Shown piece after piece: positions 49,898 to 62,551 of a stretch of 64,000 nucleotides of DNA. A program made the translations under genes and the position numbers. The notes under the pieces were generated by a model that worked only from the letters and a program-made list of their open reading frames with translations, was not told the origin of the DNA and ran no database searches. Every line of letters starts with the position of its first letter. Positions within the stretch are counted from its first letter, which is position 1. Source of the DNA: Chlorokybus atmophyticus (lineage: Eukaryota; Plantae; Mesostigma and Chlorokybus algae); contig RHPI01000575.1 of assembly GCA_009103225.1 (NCBI GenBank), positions 29,317 through 93,316 on the forward strand, read 5' to 3'.

Positions 49898-49977
49898 GGC
49901 GTCAAGGATGAGGCTGGGCTGGAGAGGGCACTTCACAAGAAGACCTGCAGATGTGGTGATTGCAGCGTCAGCAGGAG

Positions 49978-50012
49978 AGCGAGAGCGAGAGCGAGAGCGA
50001 GAGAGAGAGCGA

Positions 50013-50079
<67 letters not shown>

Positions 50080-50215
50080 NNNNNNNNNNNNNNNNNNNNN
50101 NNNNNNNNNNNNNNNNNNNNNNNNNNNNNNNNNNNNNNNNNNNNNNNNNNNNNNNNNNNNNNNNNNNNNNNNNNNNNNNNNNNNNNNNNNNNNNNNNNNN
50201 NNNNNNNNNNNNNNN

Positions 50216-50278
<63 letters not shown>
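49978..50278. repeat. (AG)n microsatellite containing an N gap (50080-50215)
   Basis: Direct reading. Confidence 0.95.
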
Positions 50279-50280
<2 letters not shown>

Positions 50281-51559
50281 TTACCACCTCAAAGGCGCAC
50301 AACTGATGACAAAGACAAACTGCAATCTCAACTATACTGCGTACACACTGCAGCAGCCACTGTCAGTAGCGGCGAACCCTTCGCCCGCCCTTTATACCCG
50401 CACACTGCCCGCAATGGTATTGATACGACTTGGCTGAGTAAGGGCCCGTGAAGGCGGTGCGTGGTGAATTCTTTGAACACGCACGGCATATCCACAAGAT
50501 TATCCATTTGCAAACGGTGGTCAGACGATTTCACTTAATACAGCAAGTGCCGTGATGCGATCGTCAGTACAAAACTACGGTCGTCGAACTAGGGTAAATA
50601 GCCCTAACTTCGAGGTACACCCTAATTTCGTTACCTGTCACTGTAACTAGGCTAGCAGGCGCATCTCTACTCTGATTGGTCTGAGACGTATAGGGTGTAA
50701 TCTATAGGGTTGTAGGCTTCTATAGAGCCAAAAAGTAGAGAAAACGGACTTGTGTGGCGGCTTATCCATTTTTTGCCATAGGGGATATATAGGACATTTT
50801 TTATGTGTACATGACACCCTAACTTTAACTGATTTCATCTTGGGATATTGTTCAGATTGAGTAAAGTAAAGTGCAAACAAGTCTTTACGCAATGCTTCAG
50901 CAACCATCAGAGTTTCATATCAATTGACGTGGGGGTGCAAAAGTTAGAATACTAGGGTGGTTGGGGTAACGCATTGTTGAAAAACCAAAATGTGCAATGT
51001 TTGGCTTGGACGTTTGACGCTCTAGCCCAATGTGTGGGGATGTTTGAAATGGTGTGTGAGAGTTACCAACTCACTCACACCACTCCAAGTTGAGCTAGGA
51101 CCTAGTGCACCCAAGTGAAGTTGCATGCGAACCTTGTACATATGACACAATCCATCCATACCAACCACACTCTAGTATGCCGTGCACACCTTCCTTGCCT
51201 GCTTACCGCTGCTAGCGTGCCCCCTTGACCTGCCAACCCTGCTCATTGCTGCCGCCGCTCACACAACCTTGCAACAATCAACCCAACTTAGCGGCAAGGT
51301 TGCACGCAACCTTGCCCTTAGAAATGGCTGCAGCCAATTGAGAGGCCATCAACCGCTCAGCAGGCATGACAGCACCGCCTGTTACGCCAATCTTCCCGCC
51401 CAACACCCCTCGATGCCTGTCACACCACTCAAAGTGCTAGGGGTTGCCTGCTACAGGCAATTTGCACTCACGAAATTAGGGCGCAGCAAGGTAGGTTTTC
51501 ATTTACCCCCTCCACACCCTAATTTTGGCGCGCTGCTGACAGCGCCTCATTGAGCCATA

Positions 51560-52188
51560 ACAAAACTGCTTGTGCAAGTACTAGCACGGGGCGCTGGCAC
51601 TATGTGTGTTGATTGTTTTCCTACCACCCAAGGACCATAACCGGCATTAGAGAGGCACAACTTGTGCTGCACAAGGGAAGGTGCATGCATCTGTTCTTGA
51701 AACCTTAAGCAAGCATAAAGTTGATGTGTGTGCTGCCTTACTACGTGCAACAGCCTGTTTGCCCTTCGCACACGTTCAGTGGTTGAAGGATATTAACCCC
51801 TAAATGCTTCTACTTCAAAAAGGACTCAAACCGGGAACATCAATTGTATCATACACTCATCATTTTATATGCCATTGAAATACTAGTATTAAATAGCTTA
51901 CATTAGCGTATTATTGTAGTACGCATCTTATTACGCTTGAAACAATATTGGTTATGGCTATCACAATTAGAGTTATGATTTAATACCTTTGTAAGATGTT
52001 GATGTCAACGCAACTTGTTTACAGATTGAGAGTTGTTCTTGTGTTACGCGCTAAGTACATCACAACTTGCTAAATTAACATTTTTAACTTAATATACTCG
52101 TATTAAATTTTACTCATACTTGCAATAAAAACAATTAACACACATGGTGCCAGCGCCCCGTGCTAGTACTTGCACAAGCAGTTTTTGC
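51560..52188. mobile_element. MITE-like insertion with ~50 bp TIRs, flanked by TA
   Basis: AAAACTGCTTGTGCAAGTACTAGCACGGGGCGCTGGCAC at the left and its reverse complement at ~52147-52186. AT-rich non-coding interior. Confidence 0.7.
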
Positions 52189-52744
52189 TAGTATTGTCAA
52201 CTCGCAAAAGACTTGTACCAGTACTGGCACAAACTGTGCCAATACTGGTCTACACATCATGGAACTTTGATGGCGCAAACGCGGTTCCAGCAACGGCATT
52301 GCGTGTCGATATGGATTTACAATGGTTCAAGTTGTTTGTGTCAATATTAATATATAAATATATCAGTGCCATTATTGACAAAAGACCTTAAGACTGGCTT
52401 AAGAAAATCTCTAGTCCACCGGCACACCTGACGTAAGCTTCCATCGAGGCCCGTACTTATCTGGGTCTTCCGGCCGGAAGACCCAAATAAGTACGGTACT
52501 TAGAGTCTAAGTTAGAGAACTGACTCCGCAATCCGATAAGTAGGGTAAACCGACCAAACTTCGTAGAATATTGTATACATGGGGGTGTGGCGGGCGCTAG
52601 GGTGGTTTTCTGGCGGTGATGTGGCTGTATGTTTTGTAGACAAAGTTTTTATCTACAGAGCGATATGTCATTTGTGATTTATGGCTCAATGAGGCGCTGT
52701 CAGCAGCGCGCCAAAGTTAGGGTGTGGAGGGGGTAAATCAAAAC

Positions 52745-54702
52745 CTAATTGCGCCCTAATTTCGTGAGTGCAAATTGCCTATAGCAGGCAACCCCCAGCA
52801 CTTTGAGTGGTGGCTCCACCCTCTTCTTCTGCGCACTGACGGCCTTCTTCGCTGCCTGAGCCTCTGCCTTTTGCGCTGCTACAAACTTGGCAACCTCAGC
52901 CTTGTCTGCCCTCTTTTCTGCTCCTCCAAGCTTTGCTTGGCGTTTGCGCTCTTTCTCGTTGTCTTGTTTTAATAACATAACATGCAATTCATCACTGGTA
53001 AGCAGCTGCGCCAAAGTGACCACTCTTCTTCTCTTTGGAGCTTCTGCGTGGAGGGTGCAGTCCTCCACCTCTGGGGCGTTAGCATCCTTAGCAGCGCGGG
53101 CATCTTCAGCAGCGGTGGCATCCTCGGCATCAATAGCTTGCAGCAGCGCTCCCCAATGGCCTGCTGGAAGCACTGGGGGCAAGTAATTGTCCACACAGTG
53201 CTTGTCTAGGGGGTGTAGTCCGCATGCACGAAAGCCATTGATGATGTTTTGCCGGGAGAGTCCAACCCTGACTTGTTGCAAAAGCAGTTTGAGAAACTCA
53301 TCACGAGACAGGTGGTAGTTGTAGCGCTTGCGCATCCTCTCTTGATACTGCTTGCGGTACTCCTCCTTAAAGGGATGGAAACAACTCACATCTAGCACTT
53401 GCAGTCTGACCGTGGTGTGAGGTGGACGGATGAGGTTATGCAGGGCAGCATTTTTGGCAAACTGTATCATTGCAGGGTTGTAGCGGCGCACATGTCCATT
53501 AATGACCAGCAAGGCAGAGTTGGAAATAGAGACCCCTCCTGGCATGTGCGCTACCAGAATCTTCTCCACCCACGCCTTAAAAGATGTCCGTGGTCATCCA
53601 TGCATTTTCTTGTGGCTTAAAGCGTGCTCCAGCCACATCGAGGACCTTGTAGTCACCCGTCAATCTTTGGCCCTTGAGGATCACCAATGGTGGGAATGCA
53701 TGCATATGCATATGCATGCATATCCAGCACCACTTACAGCACACATCAGGGTCACATGCTCTCTACCGCCAGTGGTGGCAGTTTGAGCCCACTTGGAACC
53801 ACTGCCAACACACAGACCTCACTCAGTTGGCATGGTGCATTGAATGCATTATGCTAACCCTTGCATCACAGAGTGCATCTCACCTTGCAACTACCACTCT
53901 CCGATTCTGCATTACTCTGTCAGGTTCCACACCGCTTTCGTTAGCAGAGATGATGCGGTCAGGGCCCACTCCCAACTTGTGCACAACCTCCTCCAACAAG
54001 TTGAAGTAATGTTGCACCACTGGTCTGCTCAATCCCACCCTTCTGGAGCGATTAAAAGCTTCAGCCTTTCTGAAAGTGAGGTTGTTTCTTGCTTGAAATG
54101 CATCACACCACTTGTGCCCAGGTAAGCCATCCTTCAATTGCAGTCTTCTGTCGTCCTTTGCAAGCCGTTTGCCAACTTCAAGGTAGATTTCCGTCCATGC
54201 CATTGCCCTTCCCACTTGGTTCCGTGCATTTGCATACTCTGCCAGGTCCTTCACCTCTGCCTCAGTTAGCAGAATGAGAACACCTGAACCCCTACACAGC
54301 ATGCATTTCCCTTTGCGTACACTGCACACCACAGCATACATTCACACTGCCAACGCACACTAACTCCTCTTATTTGTGATTTTGCAGCTTGTTTGGCTGT
54401 TCGCAGTAGTCGCGGAGTGTGGAGTAAGGCATGTTGAGCTCCCTTGTAGCAGCGCTTACACTCATACACCCTCTGTTAACTGCATGGACTGCACGGCTTA
54501 TGTCTTCCAGGTGGTGGCGGTGGTTCATGTAGCTGCCTCTGGGTCCCTTGTTGCGGGGTGTCTTTGCTCTCACACGCTTGCTCTGCACACATACACACGC
54601 AGCAACATGAGTGACAACGGGTGGTCTGAGTGGTTTGCAGGCCACCAGGTTGATGATGCAGTTCCACAACACTGCACACCTAACGCCTTTGCTGCGTGGC
54701 AT
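52745..54702 (-). pseudogene. pogo-type transposase (HTH_psq, CENP-B HTH and DDE_1), inactivated
   Basis: SVSAATRELNMPYSTLRD; LTEAEVKDL...PGHKWCDAFQAR; SANESG (D to N); REHVTLMCAVS; LLVINGH (D to N); LQVLDVSCFHPFK. Frameshifts near 53700 and 53578. Confidence 0.88.
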
Positions 54703-55725
54703 AGGTGGAGGTCTCCGTGTGGATAGATGTAGGAGGTAAAATTAGTAGGTAGGCTGCCCAACACTCTGACAATGCAACTAGCTACCCTCCTTGTCTTTTT
54801 TGCTGATTGCTTGCTCGTTGCTGCCACATACACCCCAATGCTAGTGCTTCCTCGTGGCTAACACCTAGTAGCAAACGCTGCATTGTTACACCAAGCGCAC
54901 TATAGGCAACCCGCACGCAACCAACCTCCGCTCACTAGGTCCTTGCTTAACTTGGAGTTGCAATGGTGTGAGTGAGTTGGTAACTCTCACACACCATTTC
55001 AAACATCCCCACACGTTAGGCTTGAGTGCCAAATCAAATTGCCAAATTGCCAAATCAAATTTTAAACGTCCAAGCCAAATATTGCACATTTTGGTTTTTC
55101 ACCAATGCGTTACGCGTTACCCCAACCACCATAGTATTCTAACTTTTACACCCCCGCGTAAAATGATATGAAACTCTGGAAGTTGCTGAAGCATTGCGTA
55201 AAGACTCCTTTGCACTTTACCTTACTCAATCTTTACAACAATACCTTAAGATATAAATCAGTTAAAGTTAGGGTGTCATGTACACATAAGAAATGTCCTA
55301 AACATCCCCTATTGCAAAAAATGAATAAGCCGCCACACAAGTCCGTTTGCTCTACTGTTTGGCTCTATAGAAGCCTACAACCCTATAGATTACACCCTAC
55401 AAGTCTTAGACCAATCAGAGTAGAGATGCGCCTGCTAGCTTAGTTACGGTGACAGGTAACGAAATTAGGGTGTACCTCGAAGTTAGGGCTATTTACCCTA
55501 CTGGCAGTGTGGGTGTGTCGATCTTATCGTTAACCTACAATCTATACTACAGTCTTGTCGGCTACAAGCTTGTAAGGTATAGGTTTCCCGCCGAAAAAAC
55601 TGGCGATAGTGCAGGCACAGGCTGGGAGTCTTTTGGGCGGCGGGGCGGGCGGTGCATGACCAGCAGGTGCTGGTTTGTAGACTACTTGTGTGGTTGCATG
55701 GTGTTGCTGTAGGCCTAGGCAATTA

Positions 55726-56152
55726 CTGGCCTGCGTCAAGCTGCTCCGCCGAGGCACTTGACGCAGACCAGTAGCTGCTTACTGCGCTGACTTTTGCTCT
55801 CTGTGTCTAAATTGCTATCCTGTTGCTACTCTGCTGGCCTGCGTCAAGCTGCTTCGCCGAGCAGCTTGACGCAGGCCAGCAGCTGCCTACTGCTGACTCT
55901 TGCTTTCTCTTTCTAACTTGCTACTCTGTGGCTGCTTGCTTGCGTCAAGCCAGCAGCTTGATGCGTGCTGTTTCGCGCTCTCTCTTGCTGTCATTCTCCT
56001 TTTTCACTTAATTACTCAGTGTCTGCTTGCTTGCGTCAGCCAGCAGCTTGCTGCCTGCTGCGCTCTCTTGCAATCTCTCTCTTTTCGTTCAATCTTTGTG
56101 TCTGCTTGCTTACGTCAAGCTACTTGACTAAGCAGCTTGACTCAGGCCAGCA
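55726..56152. repeat. Array of degenerate GCGTCAAG...CTTGACGC stem-loops
   Basis: Perfect 23-bp stem with a 6-nt loop at 55831-55882, a related stem at 55726-55771, and about three more decayed copies. Confidence 0.75.
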
Positions 56153-57094
56153 ACTTGCTTCGATTTTGCCTGCTGCTTCCTCTCTTACAACGGTATTGCA
56201 TGCTCCGACCTTACATTCTAATTGTGTGTAGGTTATAAGCTGCGGCAGGCAGCTGGCAGCAATGCTAGCGTGGAGACTCAGCTGCCCAGGCCGGAAACCG
56301 ACGTACTGCAGGTGCAAGCTGTTGACAAGAGCGCTGGACTATGCCACGACTGGTTCGACTAGTAAGTGCTCTTCTTTCTAACTAATCGGTTTTATCTATT
56401 GGCTTCCAGTTGGATGATGAGCAAGGCAATGAGCTCGTTATGTACTAAGCAATCTCTTTGCAACAGTTAGATAGTCATCAGTGGCTTGTTTCCCAATGTG
56501 AACGTTGAACTTCTTACCTTGAAGGTAAGCTATAGCTGCGGTCACTGCAAGTAGCTACTTGCAGTGGCCGCAGCTACAAACATGCTGCGTCCTTGCAGCT
56601 ACTCTGTGGTTTCGAAGTGCATGTGGTTTGTGACTTTCATTCTGCGTTTTGTCGGCACACGAAAACGTTTACCTACTGCGCTTGCTTGCGCTTGAGTTTG
56701 TGCATGGCAGGCAGCGGAGCATGGGAGCAGCAGGCTGGTCTGCACAGGGGTTTGTTTTCAATGGTCGACTGGTCTGGCTGGTCACACGACAGCTGATGTG
56801 CTTGCTTTCTTGTCTGCTGCTGCGCTGATGTTGGTTCATGCTGATCTGCGCTGGTTTGCTAAGATTCGGTTGCCTTGGCTCGTTTAGTCTGCTAGTGTTT
56901 TGAACGCCGTTGGTCGCGCCATTGCAGAGTGGCGAAGGAGCTGGAGTAGTAGTGCTGGTAGTCGTAGTAGTTGTTGTAATAATGGTATTGTGCGTTAGTA
57001 TTTTCTTTGATATATACAATCATACTTGCTCCTGTATAGCAGTGGTTTCTACTTGCACCTGATTAATTTCACATAAGCATGTTTAGACGCTCCA

Positions 57095-57454
57095 GCCAAT
57101 GCTGGCATGTGGAAACAATGCAGTTTGACACCCTTGCCAGCGCTGGCACAACTGGAATGTGCCAGAGCTGGCACGGGTCTTTTCCGGGAGTACGATGCAA
57201 AGACCAGTGCTGGCACAGACTTGTTGTGCCAGTGATGGCAGGTGTCTAACTTTTATGTTTTTTTCATATACAAATGCGGGCACAGGCGCGTTGTGCCAGT
57301 AGTGGGTCCAAACTCACCGTGCTTGTATTGGTTATAAGCCGCTTGTGCCTGCGACCAGTAAGTGAATTAAGACTCATTGCTGACACAAGTTGTTTTGTGC
57401 CAGCTTTGGGGGGTCTGGGGTTTAGACCCGAAAGGCAGGTGCCAGTACTGGCAC
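57095..57454. repeat. Cluster of the palindromic motif GTGCCAG-NN-CTGGCAC
   Basis: Full or partial copies at 57095, 57135, 57159, 57204, 57226, ~57293, ~57397 and 57439. Confidence 0.75.
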
Positions 57455-58029
57455 AGCCTACAGGCCCCATGTGACATCAATAGTGCGCACGATGTGCTAT
57501 CGGCAGTAAAGAGTAATTCTTGTTTGATATGGTATAAACCATGTAAAGTTGAAAGTTGTACCTCATATAATCAAATTCAACTCCATTATCGTGCAATATT
57601 GACTTATTTCTAGACAAGAAAAATTCTTTGCAATAAGCAGCTGACAATGGTTTCGTTGAGCGAGATTGTAAATGCATGCAACACTTGCCATGTATGTAGT
57701 TTAGTTTGCCAACAATATGTTAACAGTAGTTTTTACTATATTGCTGTATTAACACATCATATATATGCTTGGTGCAATTATTATAGCTTAATCAAAACAT
57801 TATGCATGAGTTGCATGGACAACCGCAAAGTAGTAGATTGCAACATTCTTGCGTTATACGTGCTCAGATGCAACAAATGACATGTCTATACTATTACCCT
57901 GTGTGTGTGTGTGTGTGGGGGGGGGGGGGNCATGCATGCGCGCACACACATCAGCACTTGTACAGTGTGCATATGCTTGTCTGACCCGTCGGCCCGTTCG
58001 TACGGTACTCACTATCTTATTCTGATATA

Positions 58030-58624
58030 GGAGGTTGGGCCAATCTGTCGATACAGCACCCCGGGAGTCAAATCTATCACCATCAGCGTTACGTGGAACG
58101 GCTTGAGTGCCTCGGCCACCACTAACATCACCGTTGTGGAGTAAAAGCAAGCATGCACCCCATACGTCTGTTTGCCCCCACATAGCATGCGTAGCACGCA
58201 TTGTCCCTCAAGCTCCAACACAGCTCATGCTTACTTGTACTTCTCCATGAACAGAGAGGAGTATCCCCCGGGGGGATACTCCTCCCTGTTCCATTTGGGC
58301 CAAATGGAAGAGCTACAGGGCAGCGGGGTTGCAGCACGTATGTATGGGCATACCAAGGTTACCGGTGCAACTACCGCGGCCTCAAGCCCTCCACTACGCT
58401 GTGGTCTGCATTTGCTAGCCGTGCCCCGCAGGACGCGGCCGTCATCGGGCGCTTCTATGGCAACCGCACCATGGCGGAGACCCTCACGCTAAACAAACGC
58501 AGCAATCAGCAAAGGAGGCTGCGGCGGCCCTGCTTAATGCCTTGGCGCTGCAGTATGCGCAGTGCCCTTCCACTGTCAAGCTCCAGTTCCGCCACACTTC
58601 GTACCGGCGTGAACTCGGCAGAAG
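58030..58624 (+). pseudogene. Fragment of a secreted-type protein with a PKD-like strand and a protodermal-factor-1 (PDF1)-like domain, frameshifted
   Basis: YSTPGVKSITISVTWNGLSASATTNITV, then RGCSTYVW...TTLWSAF...FYGNRTMAETL, and after a frameshift near 58510, AKEAAAALLNA...STVKLQF. Donor GTAAG at 58625. Confidence 0.45.
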
Positions 58625-58633
58625 GTAAGAGTG

Positions 58634-58697
<64 letters not shown>

Positions 58698-59913
58698 GTT
58701 AGAAGGGATTTCCTTTNATCACTTACCTTATTTCCTGTACTTACCACTGCGCCACTACGTAATGCACATCATCTTTTAAGCGTTCCAGCGCCAAAACACG
58801 CGTTTTGCCGGATGTACTCCGCCGTTGTGTTGAGCGCCTATCGTTAATGAATCATTTTTCATAGAGATAATCTCTAACCAGCGTGTTGCTCCACTATAAT
58901 CGGTTAGAGGTTTTTATATGTATAGAAAGTTACAAGCAACACTAGTGCGCATGTTGTTCATGATTGCGGCGCTTGTTAGCTTCAAGCATACACTACCGGA
59001 CATGTGTACAGAATATGCACGTGTTGTATGTATGCAACATGCACGACACATGCATAGACACTTAACTACAATCACACTCACCTCAATTACGACCACTAGG
59101 CTAGGTACACACTGCCTATCACTACCTACTTCACTACTCTATTGCCCAACCCTGTTAGCCACGCAAGCATGCATTACCTGCGACACCGCCAGTAAGGTCA
59201 GCCTTGAGCAGGACCATGGTGACGACCAGCAGACTCCCCCGCCCACCGCTCCCAGCACCCGCCGCCACCACCACAACTGCCGTTACATAACGTCACAGCT
59301 GTGCATAACGTCACATCTCAGTCAATCTTGCACACATATTGTATTATTGTGTGTTTTGCAGCGCAAGCACGCACGCACAAAGTTCCCCTTCAGATCTTTT
59401 GTAACGCACGCACGCAGCGCAAATAAAACCACTCGCCAGCACAGCTTAATGGGTAGTGTGCAAAGCATAGGTGAGAGAGATTAGCCTGGTGGTTGTATGA
59501 TTGAGTGCATGGACGGACTGTCTGCGCATGACTGCGGTAGATAGCGCTGCACCATGCACACGGCACACTATATGAATGCCATATATGTACCTTCTTTCCA
59601 GACAATTAGCAACAGAAAAACATGAAACATGAAAAATGAAAACCCCACTTACACAGCACAAAACAACACACATGAACACACAAACAAACACAAAGCAAGC
59701 AAACATTGCATACAGACACGCGCACGCAGACCGCACACACAGCACGCACAATGCACACAATACCAGCACGAAGCAGACAAATGCAGCAAACGACGCACGC
59801 ACCTACGCACACGTGCAGCTCAACAACACAGGATAACACATCGCAGTGTATGCAGCAACATCAGGCACAACAACTTAATAAAAATACATAATCAAGAACC
59901 TAAACGCATGGCA

Positions 59914-62060
59914 TCACTTTATATTGGTTACGCAGAGTAACATCATAATGCTTAGCATGTCATACCCTTGGTGAATAGGATTGCACAACACTTGAGACTG
60001 CAGCTGCTGTGCACTGTTGAATGCTGCTGCTCTTAACAGAAGCTCAAGTATGCGAGTGTGCGTTCGCATGTGCGTGCATGTGCAAGACAAACCTGTTATC
60101 GTGTGAAGGGGGAGTTTCTGCAAGATATTGAGTGCTTGTGGCTTGCTCGCTGCTAGTTTGCTCTTGCTCTGGGGCAGCCTGTGCAGCTGTAGCCGCAACA
60201 CACACCAATGGTTGATTGAAGATTCATTTGCACAATGGAGAGCATTGCTTCTCCCAAGACATCACCTGCACGGGTGGTGCCTTCCAGCTTTAGCAAGGGA
60301 CAGTGTGCGATGAGAATATCAGTCAGCAATGATCACATCCACTCCTGAGCTGCCTGCGCCACTGCAAACACACATGTGCACCGCACTTCAGCAGACAGGT
60401 ATCTGCTCATATGAATGGTGCTTTTCTACCACGTTTCACCACTCACTTCTTCTATCAGCTAGTTGTGTGCATTCACACGCTGCATCCAGCGCCTGATTGC
60501 GGGGCAGCATCTGCCGTAACCGCGCAAGCAACAAACCAAGCCAGCTGTCGTTTGTGATAATGAACGCCACAACGACAGAAACACACCGCAACAAAACCAA
60601 ACGGTGTACGAGTGCCACACGGTACGCACCCACGCCCATGCGTGAGCACAGGCGCGCATGCGTGTGAATCAGCTAGTCGTTAAAAGTGCGCTGAAGCGGT
60701 GCAGCGGGCAACACCACGCCGACACCCACCTTGTGATACTGTGCGCATCACACCAGTACACCACAGTCACAGTACAGACGCCATGCAAGCAGGTAGTACA
60801 AGTGCTGGCAATGCACGCACAGCATGGGTTGCAACAGTGAGTGGCTGTGTGTGTCAAGTGCTGATCAACAGAACTCAGGCTGCAGATAGAAGCACTGCTG
60901 TTCACTGATACACCACAGAAGCATTTGGGTGGGTCCAGTGCGGACGCTCCGCCAGCGTTGTGGCCCGAGTCCAAGAAGGTACGCGCACTCTCCATGAAGA
61001 GTACACGCCACATGCAACGGCGTGCGGCTGCACAACACCACACACAGTCAGCCAACAGCTGAACTGTGTCAGAGACACACGTACTACTTTGTACATCAAC
61101 ATACATACCTAGTCTTGTGGGGTCACCCAAGCATCCATGCCCAGGGGCCATGAGCCTGGTGCCATTATGCCGATGGGAAATGCCCCACCGCCCTCCTCAC
61201 TACCTGCAACCCTCACGCAAGCCGCCCCTTCCCCCTGCCGCCAACGACGTCGCCACGGACGTGCGCAACAACAACCCTATCCAGCAGGAATGGGAGTACG
61301 AGTAGGAGGCGGTGGAGGAGGAAGAGGCGGAGGAGGTGGTGGTGGTGGTGGTGGTGGTTCATCATGGGGGGCCACGGCGGGCTGAACATTTTCCTGCAGA
61401 AGTCCTGAGGCATGTCTACAACCACGAGAACAGAGAGAGAAGCTGAGGGATGCGCCAACAACAACAGGCAAGGCTGTGTACTTGTTGTGGCTGAGTCTTT
61501 GCTCTGTTTGCATTGGTAGCAAGCCTTCAATCGTCACACACATCATCGAACTTGCTGCTCAACAGAAGCTCGGTCGTAAGGTCTGCCATGCAACGATGAC
61601 ACTCCTGTAGGATGAACTGTGCCGCAAAGCTGCTTGCGTTTCCTCAGTTGCCATAAAGCTGTGATGATGTATTATTCTGCAACTCTGGATGCTTGCGTGC
61701 CGTACCGTTTTGCCAAGTCTCTACAGTCGAGCTCCGACTGCTGCTGCAAGACAGTTCCAGCTGTTGTATGCTATGCTGCACTGAGTTCTGTGCAGACACA
61801 ACAACATGCCAATTCCGTTTGTGTGTCAACTCTACCACAGGCAGCAGAGGGAGAGGCGCGGAGGCAACTGCTTCTTCTCGAGCGAGCACGCATGTGCAAG
61901 CGTGCGGATGAGGAAGAGGAAACAGACCAACAACAAGCACATCAACCAGCTGCTCGCCTTCGATGGCGGCCTCGGCATCTCTGCTCGACTCACAAGCAGC
62001 AGCGAAGCGATCATCATCCACTGTCCTGCACAAGATGGACAAGTTTAGTACTATGTCCAC
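59914..62060 (-). CDS. Possible multi-exon gene of unknown function with a Pro/His low-complexity segment
   Basis: Several coding-like open segments between intron-like CA/TG-rich stretches. No consistent splice model could be built. Confidence 0.25.
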
Positions 62061-62551
62061 CTCGTTTATGCAAACAGCTGCCGTTCAGTAGTGTTGTTGT
62101 GTTGACGGTTTCATGTCAACTGTGCAGGAATTTCAGCGCGAGCATATAAGCGGTTAACAAGAGACTTGGAGGCCGAGCGTGCAACGGCCAAGCGGGTTGG
62201 TCGATGCGCATGTGGCTGCCACCACACAAGGCAAGGATGGTTACTTGAGGGGTGAACGGTATCGTTCAAGCTTTGGCATCAGGAGGATGATAGTGTAGTG
62301 GAAGGTCAACTAGCGTGTTGTGAAGCGAAGTTGTATGTCGCTGTGTTGCAGTGATGTGATGCGGGGCCGCACATGGCCACGTCACTGCACAGTTTGTATA
62401 GTCACTGTTCTTTACAGCACGCGTGCACGTAGTGCCCATGCACGTGCGTGTGTACGTGGCATGTGGTGTTTGTACATCCAGCATACCACTGACTCTGAGC
62501 TGAGTGTCGTACATGCCTTGTTGTCGTGCGTGTGTGTGTGTGTGTGTGGGN

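Larger units (their letters stand above)
50592..55498 (-). mobile_element. pogo/Fot1-like Tc1-mariner DNA transposon with ~0.5 kb TIRs and TA target duplication
   Basis: TA|GGGTAAATAGCCCTAAC at the left end and GTTAGGGCTATTTACCC|TA at the right. The TIRs align over 50592-51107 versus 54933-55498. Confidence 0.92.

Noticed and set aside
50592-50830. CCCTAA/TTAGGG hexamers suggesting telomere sequence
   Set aside because: Isolated, non-tandem copies within the TIRs; better explained as transposase-binding motifs.
55584-55591. E2F-like site TTTCCCGC
   Set aside because: A single 8-mer with no linked gene start; expected by chance.
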